From NCBI GenBank assembly GCA_964304625.1, contig OZ199838.1:9575245-9639244 (forward strand): DNA of 64,000 nucleotides, in the 5' to 3' direction. The notes beneath the pieces are model-generated. The model had not been told where the DNA came from. It ran no database searches and worked only from the letters and a program-made list of their open reading frames with translations. The translations under genes were made by a program, and so were the position numbers. The DNA is from Kudoa neothunni (lineage: Eukaryota > Animalia > Cnidaria). This document shows positions 1 to 14,000 of the stretch, piece by piece (within the stretch, counting starts at the first letter, position 1; each line of letters begins with the position of its first letter).

Positions 1-1614
1 TGAAAATAATCAAGCACATAGATTATTAGGAAAAACCTATTCCAAGGGATCAGATTGAATATGCTATCTCAAGTTCATAGAATACAGGGGAATATTAATG
101 TTGTATCGTGTTAACAGACAAATAAAATATTTTTCGAGACTCTAAATATAAATCACTTAATTAACACATGCCGACCTTGTCCATGAACGATTCAAATCAT
201 GTTTCGGTATTGCGATATTTTTTTATTATTCCATACTTGGTGGTAGGGTATTAGTGGATAGAATTTTACCGATTCATTGGACTCATAAATTGTTAAAATA
301 ACCCTGGTACTATTTCTTTGTAGTAAAGACAAAACCTTTATAATATGAAAAATCCAATTAAAATAATATGCTCATTCAAACATTGAATATTTTTAAATTC
401 ATACAAATACCATATGTTTGTTTTCTTGTATTCTTCTTTGATAGTTTTATTTATTATTTTTTAAATCATTCTGAAAAACATGTAAGGGACAGTGTATTTG
501 TTGAGTGTTAGTTTATTAATTATTGCTGAAAATCCTTTTTCAGTCAAGCTTGCGTCTAAAAAATTTATTTGTTTTAAAAATATTAAATCAAGAAAAGAAT
601 ACTGGTTCCTTAACCCCTTCATAATATTATGTCGACAATTATACGGTGCCGTTTCTGTCTTTCGCCACATAACCAGGTTGACGCCGTAATCAAACAATAT
701 CAGGAAGGAAGCGGTTACATTTTTTACAGGAAACGATATGCTCAAAGTATTAATAATCATTAGCAGAACAAATCGCAACAACTCTTCACGGTAAATGGTC
801 TGGCGAGAATGTCGACACGATCGATTGAATATTTCGTCATTATAATACGTAAAATTTAAGCGCCATTGTCTAATAGTGATGTTTTTTTCCTACGGGTCAG
901 CCAGTAATTGTTACTCTACATTTAAATCATTATTTTTGTGATCAAAGTCATGTAAAGTCGGATTTTTGAGAGATAATCTTGGGAGAACCACATATGATAA
1001 AATAGATATGTAGAAAATACTTTTCATGTACATTTCAAACACCGATATTTTAACATTGTGCATACATTAACGTCATTCCGCGTTACATTTTCGTTTAAAT
1101 TACAAAAAAAAAACGCTTACTTTTACCGAGGACTTCGTAAATTTTATGTTGGGATCATTCATTTTTAAGTCCTTCACATCTTTTAAAATATGTAATTCTT
1201 TGGCCAATAACTTAATCCTATATTTTGGTTGGTTTCCTCCTTCCCTGAAGTTTTATTTAATCACACTTAATTGAATTTTTGTAAGCCAACTAACTAACAC
1301 AGTATTTATTAGATTCACTAATTTTTAATAATTATTTGATATTTCCAAATATTAATAATATAATTTTTTAGCTTTGTTAAATAAATTGCAAGATGTTCTG
1401 TAGGCTGTTTTGAAGGCATCCTTTTTTTGGCTGCTTTTAAGTTACCTAAAAATAATCATACATGCTAGGATTAGCTGCGTAAACTGAGATAAAATTTAAT
1501 GTAAACATTTGGTCAAACCGAATGTTTTAATTAATGTTGAAATTAATGATGCCAGGAACATAAATATAATTCATGTGTTTTAACTTAACCTTGTAATAAC
1601 GATTTATTCATTAG

Positions 1615-2109
1615 GCAATAATCTCGCTTCTTTTATTGATCCCAAGCGTTTCAAACCTGGATAAAATGATCGATCTCTTCAGTTTTGCCACATGGTTCTT
1701 CTTTTTGTTGTGTTTTCTTGGTCAGATCTACCTCCGATATAAGAGACCGGACATGAGAAGACCATTTAGAGTGAGAGATGGATAATTATTCTGGTGAATT
1801 TAAATCTTGTTTAGGTATGGGATTATTGTTCCTGCAATAATGTGTATTAGTTCCAGTGTACTTATTGTTCTTCCAATTTTCGACAATGCAACCGGTTTCT
1901 TCATTGCTGCAAGCGTTATATTGGCAGGTGTTCCCGTGTACTTTTTATTAGTGAAATACCGACATAAACTACCGAAAGCATTTTTTAAACGTTTTGGTAA
2001 TTTCTTTTTGCATTGTCTAAATTAATTTTTTCATTAAGATAATCTTTGCAACTTCATTATGAACGTGTATGATTTGCAGATAGCCGAAAATGAAGAAGAT
2101 ATGGGATAA
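1615..2109 (+). CDS. SLC7/LAT-family (APC superfamily) amino-acid transporter, last three exons (1615-1770, 1815-1996, 2039-2109); 5' exons not identified
   Basis: Spliced translation reads AIISLLLLIP...FSFATWFF...LRYKRPDMRRPFR|VWIIVP...LAGVPVYFLLV...MG*. This matches the C-terminal TM region and the LRxKxPxxxRPFxV motif of SLC7. The GT-AG introns are 44 and 42 bp. The frame requires removing one G from GGG at 1819-1821. Confidence 0.8.
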
Positions 2110-3537
2110 ACACGTTGGTTGAATTATCGATACACTGCAATACATGTTTACTTTGTTAAAGATTAACGTGGTTTCTATTTATAGATGCACACGTGTTAAT
2201 ATACATATAAACTTCTTATTGTATGTTTAAATAATTTAAAATGTGCAGTGTTAATAAATATGGTTTCTATGTTTTCCCAACTTGTGAAATACCGAATAAT
2301 CTCTGAATATTAAAAATGATTCATACTGGATAAGGCTGGTTTGTGTTTTGGCTTGACATGGCCCCGCGATAATGTATCGAAAATCGGAAAAATAAAATAT
2401 GTGGATATCCAGTTTGTAATATTATTTCTGGAGATGGTACGAATCTACTCGATTGAGCCCACCAAAAATTATACAAACATATAATACTTTTTATAAATCA
2501 AGCGAATCAAAAATTCATTGCACAATAAAGTTTGAACTAATAAAAGAAAGAATGAAGGCATAAAACAATAATTAACAAGTTACATAGTTATTAAAGTCGG
2601 ACAGCGTTTATATTTATTATATATTAGTTTTAAATTCAAATAGCTCGCTTGGTTACTTTAATCGACTTTATAAACTATATACTACAAGTTAGTGTGCATT
2701 TTAGTTTATTTAACTCTCCGACTAATGTGGGATTAATTTGGAACTGAGATTTTTCGTTACTATTTAAAAACAATCTGATAAGACTATCACAATTTCTAAA
2801 ATCTAAGTTAATTTAGGATAGATTTGAAATGATGAAATTAATAAACTTGTATCATCTGAGTCTGATTATATGCGAGCATTACCATTGTCTGAGCTGGTAT
2901 GGATTTTTTTAGTAAAGTAATGATGATACCATCGCTATTAAAGAATAATATATCCCTGGTTGTGTATCTAAAGGAAAGTAACAATAATTCTTATAAAGGA
3001 GACATATTGTTAATTGATTATGATGATTCGCTCGCGGATAAAAATAAAAATTCGTATAATTTAATTAAACCAGGTCATATATAGAAAGGATGTTGAATTT
3101 TCTCCGGATCTTGATCTTGCATGCAACTCGAGGAGTTGAAATATGAGAGATTATTTCATTCGTTTGTCAGCTTATTTTTGACTGCATTACCAGTTGAATG
3201 TTTTCTAACATGTACTATAATTTCGTGGATATATTTCAAAATGGTAGTGTTAACTATTATCTAAAAAAATTATTATGGATTCATATTTAAGGAATACCTA
3301 TGTAATACATTTTTGGCGCTCGAATATAATCGTTAATAATATTTGATGTGACCAGATAACTATGAGTCAATTCATTTTTCTTTTGAATAGATTTTTTCCC
3401 ACATACTTAATTTGATTTACATTCAATATATTAAACGAATTTTAATATTTATTAGTATAAAATATATTACATTATTGTGATATTTTCTTAGGGAATCAAA
3501 TTCATTTATATTAAAATTGACTCTTGAAGCATTAAAT

Positions 3538-6500
3538 CAGCGCTTCCCGATTCATTTTAGTTCTCGCATCCCCTACCGCATATGAAGACAACTCTGTACC
3601 CCCTCAAAAAGGGAGATTTAATATTTAATTTGAGGCGAGAGAAATATTTTTACTAAAATTACATTAATAAGAAATAATCCATCCACTTTAAAAAGAAAAC
3701 AGATGTGAATAAAATAAATGCGACTGATAATAAATTTAATGTTTTGACTTTTTTTCTTGTCTTTTTTGGGACAATAATTAACCTTCTAAGTAACACAAAA
3801 TTAGGCACCTGAGTAACAATGGGGTGAAAAAAGACCCTCAAGGTTTTTTTTCATATTTCACATTCCTGGGTTATTTACTAACTAAAAATGAAACAATATT
3901 GTAAAATTTGTAGATTTTATATATTATTTGTACGCTTTAAATTATCTGCACTTGCGCACACGCATATTGTCTATATAAAGCGTGATCGTCGAAATTAAAA
4001 AATTACCGTTTTTATAATTCTCTTAGAATTCTCGGAAAATGTAAAAAATCCATTAAACTATATTTGGTTCATTGAGAAAAATATATTTTCTATGTTTATA
4101 ATGTAAAACTGGCAATCTAAGCGTAATACAGTAAATTACACAGGCGTTCATTTCATTAAATAATTTCTATTTTCATGCCATTATTTAGGAGTAAATAAGT
4201 TAAGTTTAAAAATTATTTTATATATAGAAAATAATTGAACAACTGTAATAAACTAACATATAATCTTGTGAACAAACTGATTAAAACTCATGTTATAAAC
4301 AACAATCTTTGTAACATGGACGCTTACAGAGATCAAATATGATGGTTGTTTTTTTATCTTTGTCTCGGCGACATCAGATACATCTTTTTTTACAATATTT
4401 TCCAGCAGAATGTCGGGTATTTATAGAATCTGTATGCTCGATTATCTGTGGAATTTTGTTCTTACTTTTGTTTAATGATTCAGATAATTCAAAAGTCCCT
4501 TCTTTTAATATTTGGGTCGTTAAATATCTCCTTTTAAATTACAAATGCATTTACAAATGAGATATCAATCATGTTGTAAAACACAACTAACGGCTACCTT
4601 CTGGTGAAACGTCTCACTGAGGCCGATGTCAACATACGATCTACAGTGTCAGCGTCTCCTTTAGCAGCACATTATACTTTAGGATAATATCTGACCTATG
4701 AGGAAACATTCTAGAAAGTTTTGTGTTATGGTTGGATGTACACAGTAGGAGGACATTCTTATTTTTCTTTGGAGTGAACGACACCAACATTTTCTTTCTG
4801 TTGAAAACAAATTTTGATTAATTCACCGGGATTCTTCTACCAGGGAGGAGGAATGGTGGTATATCTCGTTTGTTCTAACGAATTGTACCAATTATGGTCA
4901 TTCTTCTTTTGATAAATTCATCAGCCAAAGGAATCGATGTAAAATAATTACCACACACCCAAATTGCATCCTGAACCAATTAGATTTTCAGTTAATTTGA
5001 GAGCAATATTCTTACCAGCATCATGAACTTTGACATCAGTCGAACATTTTTTACCAATATATGCATCCATATTTAATACATAGGAAGTCTGCGGATCTAC
5101 TATTAAAAAAATTTTTAACCCCTATTTCGCTGGTTTTATTCTTTATGTATTGCCTGAAGTAGCAGTTACCCCTAAAGGATACCTACAATTTATCAAGATA
5201 CACATCAAACCCTGGATTATAACTTTTGCTCACAATATTGACCCAGATCTCTCTAATTGGGTAAAATTTATTCAGTAATTTTCTCTGTTCTCTTGTATTT
5301 GTGTCGTCAAAATGGATCGCTCTAGTTAATTGTCTAAATCTTTGTATATTTGCCTGCCTTCAGTAGAACTAAACAAATCAACCAATGACTCTTGTCGATT
5401 TTTATGGATAGCCATACATAAGATGCAGCCAATAAACCATGTATTTCATCGGCATCAACGTTTTCCCATTTATTCCCATAATGATTATTCCTATATTGGT
5501 TGGTAAATTCAATGATTTTGTTCATTATTTTCAAGGGGAAAAATGGTGAAAATATCCAGCGATACCAGAAATTCTTTGAGTGGCGTATGCGGTCACACCT
5601 TGTCTAAAATTTACTATGTTTTCTTCTGCATCTTATGTTTTTCTTGGTTTCACGACGCTCCACAAATTATTATTTTTATCAGCGAAGGAATCAGCATATT
5701 CGCTAATAATGGATTCATCTTCAACGTCTTCACTATCAGATACCATCGTATATATCAAATCCAATGTATCGAAGCCAGATTCATCTATACTATCATTGCT
5801 ACTTGATAAAAATATTCCATCGCCATTAAAACAATGGTTCGCGCTTGCGCGTTTGGGTGAGTTTTAAGTAATTGTCACTTTTCGACATGAAGTTACCGTT
5901 CAATTTAAGTTTTCTTTTATTAATGGAATTATTGAATTGTATAGTGTTGAAATTTCGAATAAAAATCTGGGGTCTTTTTCCACCCCACTTATTACTCTGT
6001 GGGTGTTTTTTTCAAAAATAATTTTTAATAGGTATTTGAGTTATAACAACATACATGAAATTTTGTTATTGGGGACTTTATGGTTTTAGAGAAAACTGAA
6101 GTGTAATTTCTTCTGGGGTCATTTTTCACCCCATGTTATTTGGTGTATTTTTATATAGATGTTTGTCTTAGGAGAATGGCGGGAACTAAGCTTTGGAAAT
6201 TTTTTCAATTTCAAGAAAATCGAGTTTCAAATCGAACTGGGGTCCTTTTTTCATCCCATGTTACTTAGAAGGTTAAGTTAAATGAGGCTCTTCATCAGTT
6301 AAAGATGTAAATAAATCATCATTTGAAAATGAACTAGATATATTAATATTTAGCTGAAAAATATAACATGCGAATAATTTTGCTTGCGTCCAGTTTTGGA
6401 TTTTGTAGTTTTTTTGTTGATTATAAATTTGAAAATTAAATGATGAAAATAAACACGTGACCCGATATCGAATGAAACTTTAATTCCTATTTTCCTCATA

Positions 6501-6843
6501 GTTTACTTAAAAAAATGAATAATAAAATTTTAAATAATTCGACCCATTTCAAAACACTTAACGAATCATTAATCTTTCCCAATATAAATTAAATATTTCG
6601 TAATTTTCTTTGTTGCGATATTTAAGATTTTGACTAAATAATTTATTTGTGGATATAAAATAGTAGACTGAAATAAAATTAATTTTCAGCTTCTATCGCG
6701 CACAAATCGCACACGATATCTTTTTGAGAGAGATTCTGATTATTCAGAATCGGTGCACTATGCTATGTACGAAGCAAGCACAGCCGCAAAATTTTGTCGT
6801 TTACTCAAGGTGTGAGTCTCGAACCCCCGATCGGGAAGCCCTG
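3538..6843. mobile_element. Non-autonomous hAT-type element (about 0.8 kb of its own sequence) interrupted by a piggyBac
   Basis: TIRs are CAGCGCTTCCCGAT (3538) and ATCGGGAAGCCCTG (ending 6843), 13/14 identical. The 8-bp TSD reads CATTAAAT/CATTAAAA. The left end resembles the MITE at 16497. Confidence 0.7.
3782..6272 (-). mobile_element. Degenerate piggyBac transposon
   Basis: Structure is TTAA-CCTTCTAAGTAACA ... TGTTACTTAGAAGG-TTAA (14-bp perfect TIR). Frameshifted piggyBac transposase pieces lie on the minus strand at about 4560-5820 (IIEFTNQY...EIHGLL; KGDADTVD). Confidence 0.85.
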
Positions 6844-7450
6844 CATTAAAATGTATATTTGGCGTATACCCCCGCACGAGCTTATATAATCGAATTTAGA
6901 ACTATTAGTAATTTAATTTAATTTCGTCCAAAAAAATTTTCAAAGTGGCTGGATAATCCATTGTAAACCAAAAATTTGAGTAAAAATCTAAGTAATCAAT
7001 GGACTGCATTTTAATTGAAAGTGTTCGATTTTGGTGTACTTAGAAGATTAAATACAAGGCCTTTATAAAATAATTGTTTTAAAATTAAGCTACCTCAAGG
7101 CCAAACCAATCTCATCAAAGTCCTCTGCATCGTATTCAGTTCATCGACGCTGCATGTAAATTAGGTCTGAATAAAAATTATCTAATGACTTAAAATACAT
7201 TAGTTTTATTCTAACGTCCAGTTAAACCTTAGATATTGTTAGCATACATAATACTTTCTACCATTTTTTGAAAACAGCATCATAAATTCCAAAGATCATT
7301 ATATTTATAAACTATAGTTTGAGTTGGAATCAAATTTTAATTTCTCATACCATACCACATTTGAAGTAAAATGTAAAAATACAGTATGGTATAAATTTTC
7401 TCAGGTTGTTGCTATTGAAAAGAGTCCTATATGATACATGATTCTTTTAT

Positions 7451-10400
7451 GGAAGTGGCTATAGGTCAGGCAACGAATATCTCGAAAACCATTGCATATT
7501 TTTCCCCCAAAATTTAAACAATATTCTAATAATGTCTAGCTTAATTTTTGGTAACTTACTGAAAAATTGTAAAAATGTTTATTTTTTTGATCATATCCAT
7601 ACGACCATTACCAATTAAACATTCTTTTTTGAAATTGAATTTGATTGAATACAGTTTATAATCAATTATCAATATTTTATTTTTTAAAAAGAGTAAAATT
7701 TTAGATAATAAATAAATTTTGAGGATTAATTTACTTATCCAGCGTTAGGGATCATAAAATGAAACGTTTTGTATGCAAAAAAATGAATGACACCATCAAG
7801 TATCTATATAGTTTATGATTTGAATGCATTTCGTCTTTTTTTTCATAGGGATTCCAAGTTTTGTTAGGCGACTTCCTCGTGGTCGACCAACGGATTTTAT
7901 TTTCGATGGAATTTTCAGCTCTACAAAAATATAAAAATACGTTTTTTTACATTTTAAACCTTTCAGTTTAGATTCTTCTGCGAGTTTTGATTGATTGATA
8001 TTATTAATAGGCTCTATTTGAGGATGAGTATCATCATCTGTGCTAAGTTTAGGTTTTTTAATGATTGTTATTTCTGACGAATCTATCGATGAATTCTAAA
8101 TTTAATATATGGAAATTAAATTAATAATCTCATACGTATTCTTGAAATTCAGGTATTTCTCCAACTATAGCAAAATATAAAATTTTATTTTTCAAAAAAA
8201 AAATCACATGTATTTAGGAAATCATCGACTACAGTGACATCATGATTTCTTAAAATGTTTTCTAAGAGATTTATACATCTTATAGACTTTTCATAAAAAT
8301 CTCCACAAAATTCAGACGCGGTGTTAGCCAGCTTGGTTGTAAAGGTTGTTGCGTATCTCAACTTCTGTCCAAAACTTTTTATTTTGGGTTGGCTCTTCTT
8401 ATCAACAATGGTCGGAGTAATTTCGTTGTTCCTTTCGATTATAGTTCCAGTTCCTAAGAATTTCCTTCCATACGTTTTCGTCCACCTCTCATTGCACAAT
8501 ATTTCAGAGAAAAGAGGTAAATTATTCAATAATCTTGAAGATAGAATATGACTGCAAGGCAGTGTGAAAGATCGGTAAAATACACATGATCACGTAGTTG
8601 CATTAGTAGTTTCAGTTGAGTTTAAACAACAAATCTTCGGTGCTTAATTGTGCAACCTGCTTTTGAAGTAAATTGAATGCATACTTGGTCAAGAGTTTCT
8701 CATACTGTGACATATATTCGTCATTAAAAGTTTTGTTTGAGCCATAACACAACTGGCTTATTGCCTCTCCTTCCCTTTCCGTGCGAAGGGTCCTCAAGAT
8801 TTTGAAAAATTTATCAACAAAGTTTGTCAAGGAACTGAATTTGTGGACAACACTTTTTATTTTTGAATTAATTGATTCAATACGATTGTTAGTTTCGTTT
8901 CCATAAAAGTTGGTTGCATTGCTGAGCCCAATTATCCAATCTTTGTAAATCCCATCCCAATTTATTTTGAAATATTCGCTCAGCTTAGTATTATTAAACT
9001 CTTGGATTTCATTAACGTACTTTTTATACTCATCATAATCTTTACAATATATCATTTTTTGCAAACACCTTAGAATATCTTAACATTTTTTAGTGGATAC
9101 GGCCAACTTGGTTATGGTGATTTGTCGTCGAAAAATTTGTAGGACGTGAAATTTACAGAGAATGCAAGAAGACGATGGGAAACTTTTTTTTAGACACTTT
9201 CTCAACTTTTCGTCTTTGTCAGTGACAAGTGTACATACTTTATCACGCAAAGTAGGAACCATTTCTATTATGTTATTGCAAAACCATTGTATGGAATTTT
9301 CAGTCTCTTCAAATAGTATGCATACGCTTGTTATATGAGTCAACCCGAAAGAATCCTCTCCTGCCGATAAATACAGAGGAGCTCTAAAGTTAGTAAAATA
9401 AAGTTTGTGTGGTCATTTAAAAAAAAATTTAATACCTCGAATCAAGCAGTTTATATGTGGCATAAACAAACATCACTTCAGGATACAATTCCAAAAATGA
9501 CTTCATTTTATTATCAGCGAAAAATATTCCACTGACGATGTTACGCTCATTATGTAAAATTCTAACGTGACATTTATTATCTATACTTAAAGTTTTTTCA
9601 ATTATTTCTAAGTTGTCAGGAAACGAATTCTTATTTTTTTTAACGTTGTGAATAGATTTTAGACGAATATTTTTCCCAGTTTCCGTCTGTAATTTTGATT
9701 GAATCAATTTTTTATTCGCCTTGAGGTTAATTAATTCAAAAAGGTGTTGATCGTTTAGATTAATTTTCCTTTGCTTAGGAAGGTTTCTATATATCATCTG
9801 ATCCAATTGATGATTGTGCTCTAACATGCAGGAACGTATTTCAAGGAAAGCTCCGTCATTTGAAGTTCTTAATGTTATTTTGACAGGGCAATCTCCTTTT
9901 AACATTGATTTATTTCGAGCGCCACATGACCTCGTTTTCTTCTTTCCACCGAAAATACAACAGTATGTGACCTCGTAATAGCGGAGTGATTCATTGATCT
10001 GTTTTGTAATTCTACTACGAATATTTGAGATAGTTCTTGCTTGATATTTGTATAGATTACAAAACGACAACTTTTCGTATTCTGCGATGGCAATGTGAAG
10101 ATCTTCAAAAGAAGCATAACGCATACCGACTGTGAACATACTTGACGCCATATTATATAGCTGGATGCTCAAAATAATGCGCCAACATTTAGACCTAAAC
10201 ATTTTACTTTCACTAAAATTTTTCATGTATTCTATGTATTTGAACTGATTTAGATTTTTAAAAAACAAATATATGCCAATAATGAAATACTGGTGATGAA
10301 TAACCACCATATGATCAAAAAAATAAACATTTTTACAATTTTTCAATAAGTTACCAAAAATTAAGCTAGACAATATCAAAATAATGTTTAAATTTTGGGG

Positions 10401-10454
10401 GAAAAATATGCAATAGTTTTCGAGATATTCGTTGCCTGACCTATAGCCACTGCC
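7451..10454 (-). mobile_element. Mutator/MULE DNA transposon with about 145-bp TIRs
   Basis: Long inverted repeats at 7451-~7595 and ~10310-10454 (GG[A/C]AGTGGCTATAGGTCAGGCAACGAATATCTCGAAAA...). The 9-bp TSD reads TTCTTTTAT/TTTTTTTAT. Confidence 0.9.
7813..10151 (-). pseudogene. ZSWIM3-like MULE transposase (N-terminal Cys/His domain, MULE DDE domain, SWIM finger); intron-containing and disabled
   Basis: Motifs seen: YCCIFGG...DCPVKITLR...EHNH; YATYKL (first catalytic D replaced by Y); VTDKD; CKFH; TNNRIES; SWIM-like *SC...LPCSHI with the first Cys codon now TGA; C-terminal GRPRG. A frameshift lies near 9080. Intron 9384-9435 restores R|APLYLSAGEDSFG. Confidence 0.8.
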
Positions 10455-10566
10455 TTTTTTTATTTGTTCCACTTGAATTAAGTATTAGAAGGTATAGTCT
10501 TCATTTCTGTTAAAGAGAATTTGAATATATCCTGCAGATGAATTATTTTTTTTATGAAATGGAAAA

Positions 10567-10986
10567 TGTTGAGTCATGGGAACTTCGACTTTCTGCGTGA
10601 GAAAAGTTAAACTAGTTTCCCATTCAAATGTTCCGTGGGAGAATAAGAGTACAAGTCGGGAAATATATGGTTGGCGGCAATTTCGATTTCTACGGCTGAC
10701 AAGTTGGTCCTATGACCCGTTTTCCCTCCAAAGATAACCAACAACAGTTCCTCCACAATTTGGTACATGGGAATACGGCGAATATGGACCACAGCAATGA
10801 ACGATGACGAAATACTACTTTCCCACGGAACCCTCGCTGCACTAGTCATTTTTTCCTCACCGCATCGAATTCTGGAACTGGCGCTCCTCGCTGTATTTAA
10901 GCCATATAATTTTCCCACCTTTTCAATTCTCTCTTGTGTTCTTACTTGGATCTCTTTTTCTTTTGCGCACCTTACTGGATCTAACA
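10567..10986 (+). repeat. 5' LTR (420 bp)
   Basis: Direct repeat of 14886-15306. The only difference seen is one T in CTAGTTT(T)CCC. Confidence 0.97.
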
Positions 10987-10987
10987 T

Positions 10988-10999
10988 TGGCGACGAGGA
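10988..10999 (+). promoter_or_regulatory. Primer-binding site, probably tRNA-Ser
   Basis: TGGCGACGAGGA begins 1 nt after the LTR end. It is complementary to the ...UCCUCGUCGCCA 3' end recalled for metazoan tRNA-Ser(GCU). Confidence 0.75.
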
Positions 11000-11023
11000 C
11001 TACGACACTACATACTACATACG

Positions 11024-14000
11024 ATGCAGGACACAAGATTGTTGGCTACACTTTCGGAATTCGATCCCAATCTGGACGACTGGGACTACTACATTGACCG
11101 TTTTACCAACTTTGCGGTAATCAACGGCGTGAATGATGATAGCTACGTGACCTTACTGCTCTCGGTGATTGGACGTGTTGGACACCGAACGATTACGGAC
11201 TTGGTGATGCCATCCAAACCTCAGGACTACACCTTCGATAAGCTCCTACCCATCCTCTCGGACCATTGGAAACCAAAGACTCTGAGGATAGTGGAGCGAG
11301 TCAAATTCGCGAGAATTTTCCAACTAGAAGGGGAGAATATCGCAGAATTTTCAAATCGTCTACGCTCGGCTGCACAGCGCTGCGAATTTGGCCAATTCCT
11401 AGACGAGGCTCTTCGAGACAAATTGGTGAGTGGATTACACCCTTCCTACAGCCCAGTACAAGATGCTCTACTTACCGCCAACTACACCTTTCAGGAAGCC
11501 CTGGCCATAGCAAAGTGCAAGGAAACGGCTCTCCAAGAGCGAATTCACATTCGAAACACGACCCCCGGGAGAACAAGTCCACCGAATTCAGCCAGGTAAA
11601 TTCAAATGTTTGCGTTGTGGCTCACCGGATCACCGACCTGCGGATTGCTCCCACCGCAATACAAAGTGCTCGAACTGTCAAAAGATCGGCCATCTGGCGA
11701 GAGTTTGTCTTCAAGGCAGAAGAGTAAAACATCATAATAATAGAGTGCACCACATCGAAGCAACTACGCTAGATTCATTAGTTAATGATAATACTGTCGA
11801 TTCTTTACCTTACCCGCGTCCTCTTTCCTGCATCGCGACGATTAACGGCGTTCCCGTTCGCGGGGAATTGGACAGCGGAGCGGCGGTCTCAATACTTTCT
11901 TGGACCGATTTCAAACGAGTTGGCGGAAAACTGCACAAGACTTCTGAGAAACTACAATCATACACTGGCGATGAGATATCTTTGGCGGGATTTCTTCACA
12001 CACAAGTCGCCACCAAGAAAGGAGCTATCCACTTACGGCTTTTCGTCTCTAAAGACAACCTGACTACGATTTTTGGTCGAGACTGGCTTCCACATATGCT
12101 TGAGGAGTGGCCCCCAAAAATTGCTTCGATCAAAACTAATTTGGAGACTGTGGAGGAGGAATACAAAACACTATTCGACGATACATTGGGAAAAGTAAAG
12201 GATTACCAAGCTATGTTACACGTTGATGATAACGCAAAGCCTGTCTTCTTTAAACCACGTCCCGTGTCCTTCTTCAAAAAGGAGTTGATCGACGAGGAAC
12301 TAAACCGACTGATGGCCAGAGACATAATTGAACCCATTACTTACAGCGAATGGGCGGCTCCAATAGTCGCACCATTAAAAAAGAATGGGAAGATACGCTT
12401 GTGTGCAGACTTCTCCGTCACGATCAATCCCGTCTTGAAAGCGGACAAATATCCCATCCCCAGGATCGAGGACTTGTTCTCGGTCTCAGCCGGGGGAAAG
12501 ACATTCACCGTACTAGACATCAAAGACGCGTATCTACAGGTCGAGATAAAGGAGGAGTGTCGGAACCTACTGACTATCAATACACATAAGGGACTTTTCC
12601 GCTACAGAAGAATGCCTTTCGGTCTCACGTCCGCCCCAGCAATCTGGCAAAAACTCATGGACACCCGCTTGCTTGGGTGTAAGATGACGGCATGCTACCT
12701 GGACGATATTATCATCACGGGGACACAATGAGGAGGACCACTTGAGAAATCTACGACAAGTACTCCGGCGACTTGAGGATGCTGGATTGAAACTTGGGAA
12801 AGAAAAGTGTAAATTCTTCCAGGATTCGGTTACATACTGCGGGCACACCATCTCTAAGGACGGCCTACAGAAAACCAAGCAACTTGTTGAAGCAGTACTA
12901 GCGGCACCAGTACCGAAGTCACCCACTGACGTCCGAGCTTTTTGTGGTCTTGCTGGTTACTACCGGGATTTCGTACCCAACCTCTCCACTCTTCAAAAAC
13001 CCTTAATGGATTTGACGACGAAGGCAGCAACTTGGACATGGAACGAGGAACACGCTAAGGCTTTTCATTCAATAAAAGATGTCATAGCCAAGGATGTCAC
13101 CTTAGCCCATTTCGACCCAAGCTTGGACATTACCCTCTCGACAGACGCCTCCGCATATGGTATTGGTGCCATCTTATCCCACGTCACCCCAGATGGGAAG
13201 GAGAGACCCATCAGCTTCGCGTCGAGAGTTCTTAAAGACGCCGAAAAGAACTACTCTACAATAGAGAAAGAAGCCTTGGCAGTGCGTTGGGGTGTGGAAA
13301 AATTTAAACACTACCTTGAAGGAAGATTCTTCTCGATCTACACCGACCACAAACCGTTGATTTCCCTACTGAATCCACTGAAAGGAATTCCGACAAAGTC
13401 ATCTCCACGCATCCAGAAGTGGACCATCTACTTACAAGGCTTCCAATTTAAAATCCACTATCGTCCTGGCCTACAAAACCAACACGCAGACGCCTTGTCA
13501 AGATTACCGTTGGACCGGGACTCAAAAACCGATAAGGAGGACGAGGGAAGTTACACAAACCTTCACGTCAATATGGTGCGACGGTTGGACCTTACTTCGG
13601 ACACAGTGAAAGGCGCGACCTTGGAAGACCCCACACTTCAAACCCTCTCCAACTATATACTAAAAGGGACACCAACGAAGCACTGGATACTGGAACTTCG
13701 ATCATACAAAGGATCTGTTGGAGAATACTCGCTAGACAAAGGTTGTATCTTCCGAGGACACCGATTGCTAATACCAACCAAATTGCGGAGGGAGGTGTTG
13801 GCGATTCTACATCAAGGACATTTAGGCATTGTGAAGACCAAATCTTTGGCACGAGAGTTGGTGTGGTGGCCGAATATCGATAAAGAAATCGAATCAATCG
13901 TTGGAGGATGCACGCACTGCGGCCTAATCAAACCAGCAGCTCCCCAACAACAATACCTGTCTCATGAACCCGCCAAAGCACCAATGGAAAGGATCCATAT

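Noticed and set aside
461-781. Short ORFs 461-781 and 492-689, and similar 60-90 aa F/I/L/K/N-rich ORFs elsewhere
   Set aside because: Their composition is typical of chance ORFs in AT-rich non-coding DNA or of antisense shadows of TE genes.
10152-10472. N-terminal 107 aa of the 347-aa ORF 9429-10472
   Set aside because: This part runs through the Mutator TIR and flank from a GTG start. The plausible start is MASSMF at 10151.
10607-11120. ORFs of 117-240 aa overlapping the LTRs (also 14516-15238 and 15087-15314)
   Set aside because: They recur only because the LTR is duplicated. They show no recognisable domain and are expected by chance in GC-richer sequence.
11560-11610. Programmed +1 gag-pol frameshift
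   Set aside because: It would leave Gag without its zinc knuckles, and the same extra-base pattern recurs in RT and in host genes, so assembly error is more parsimonious.
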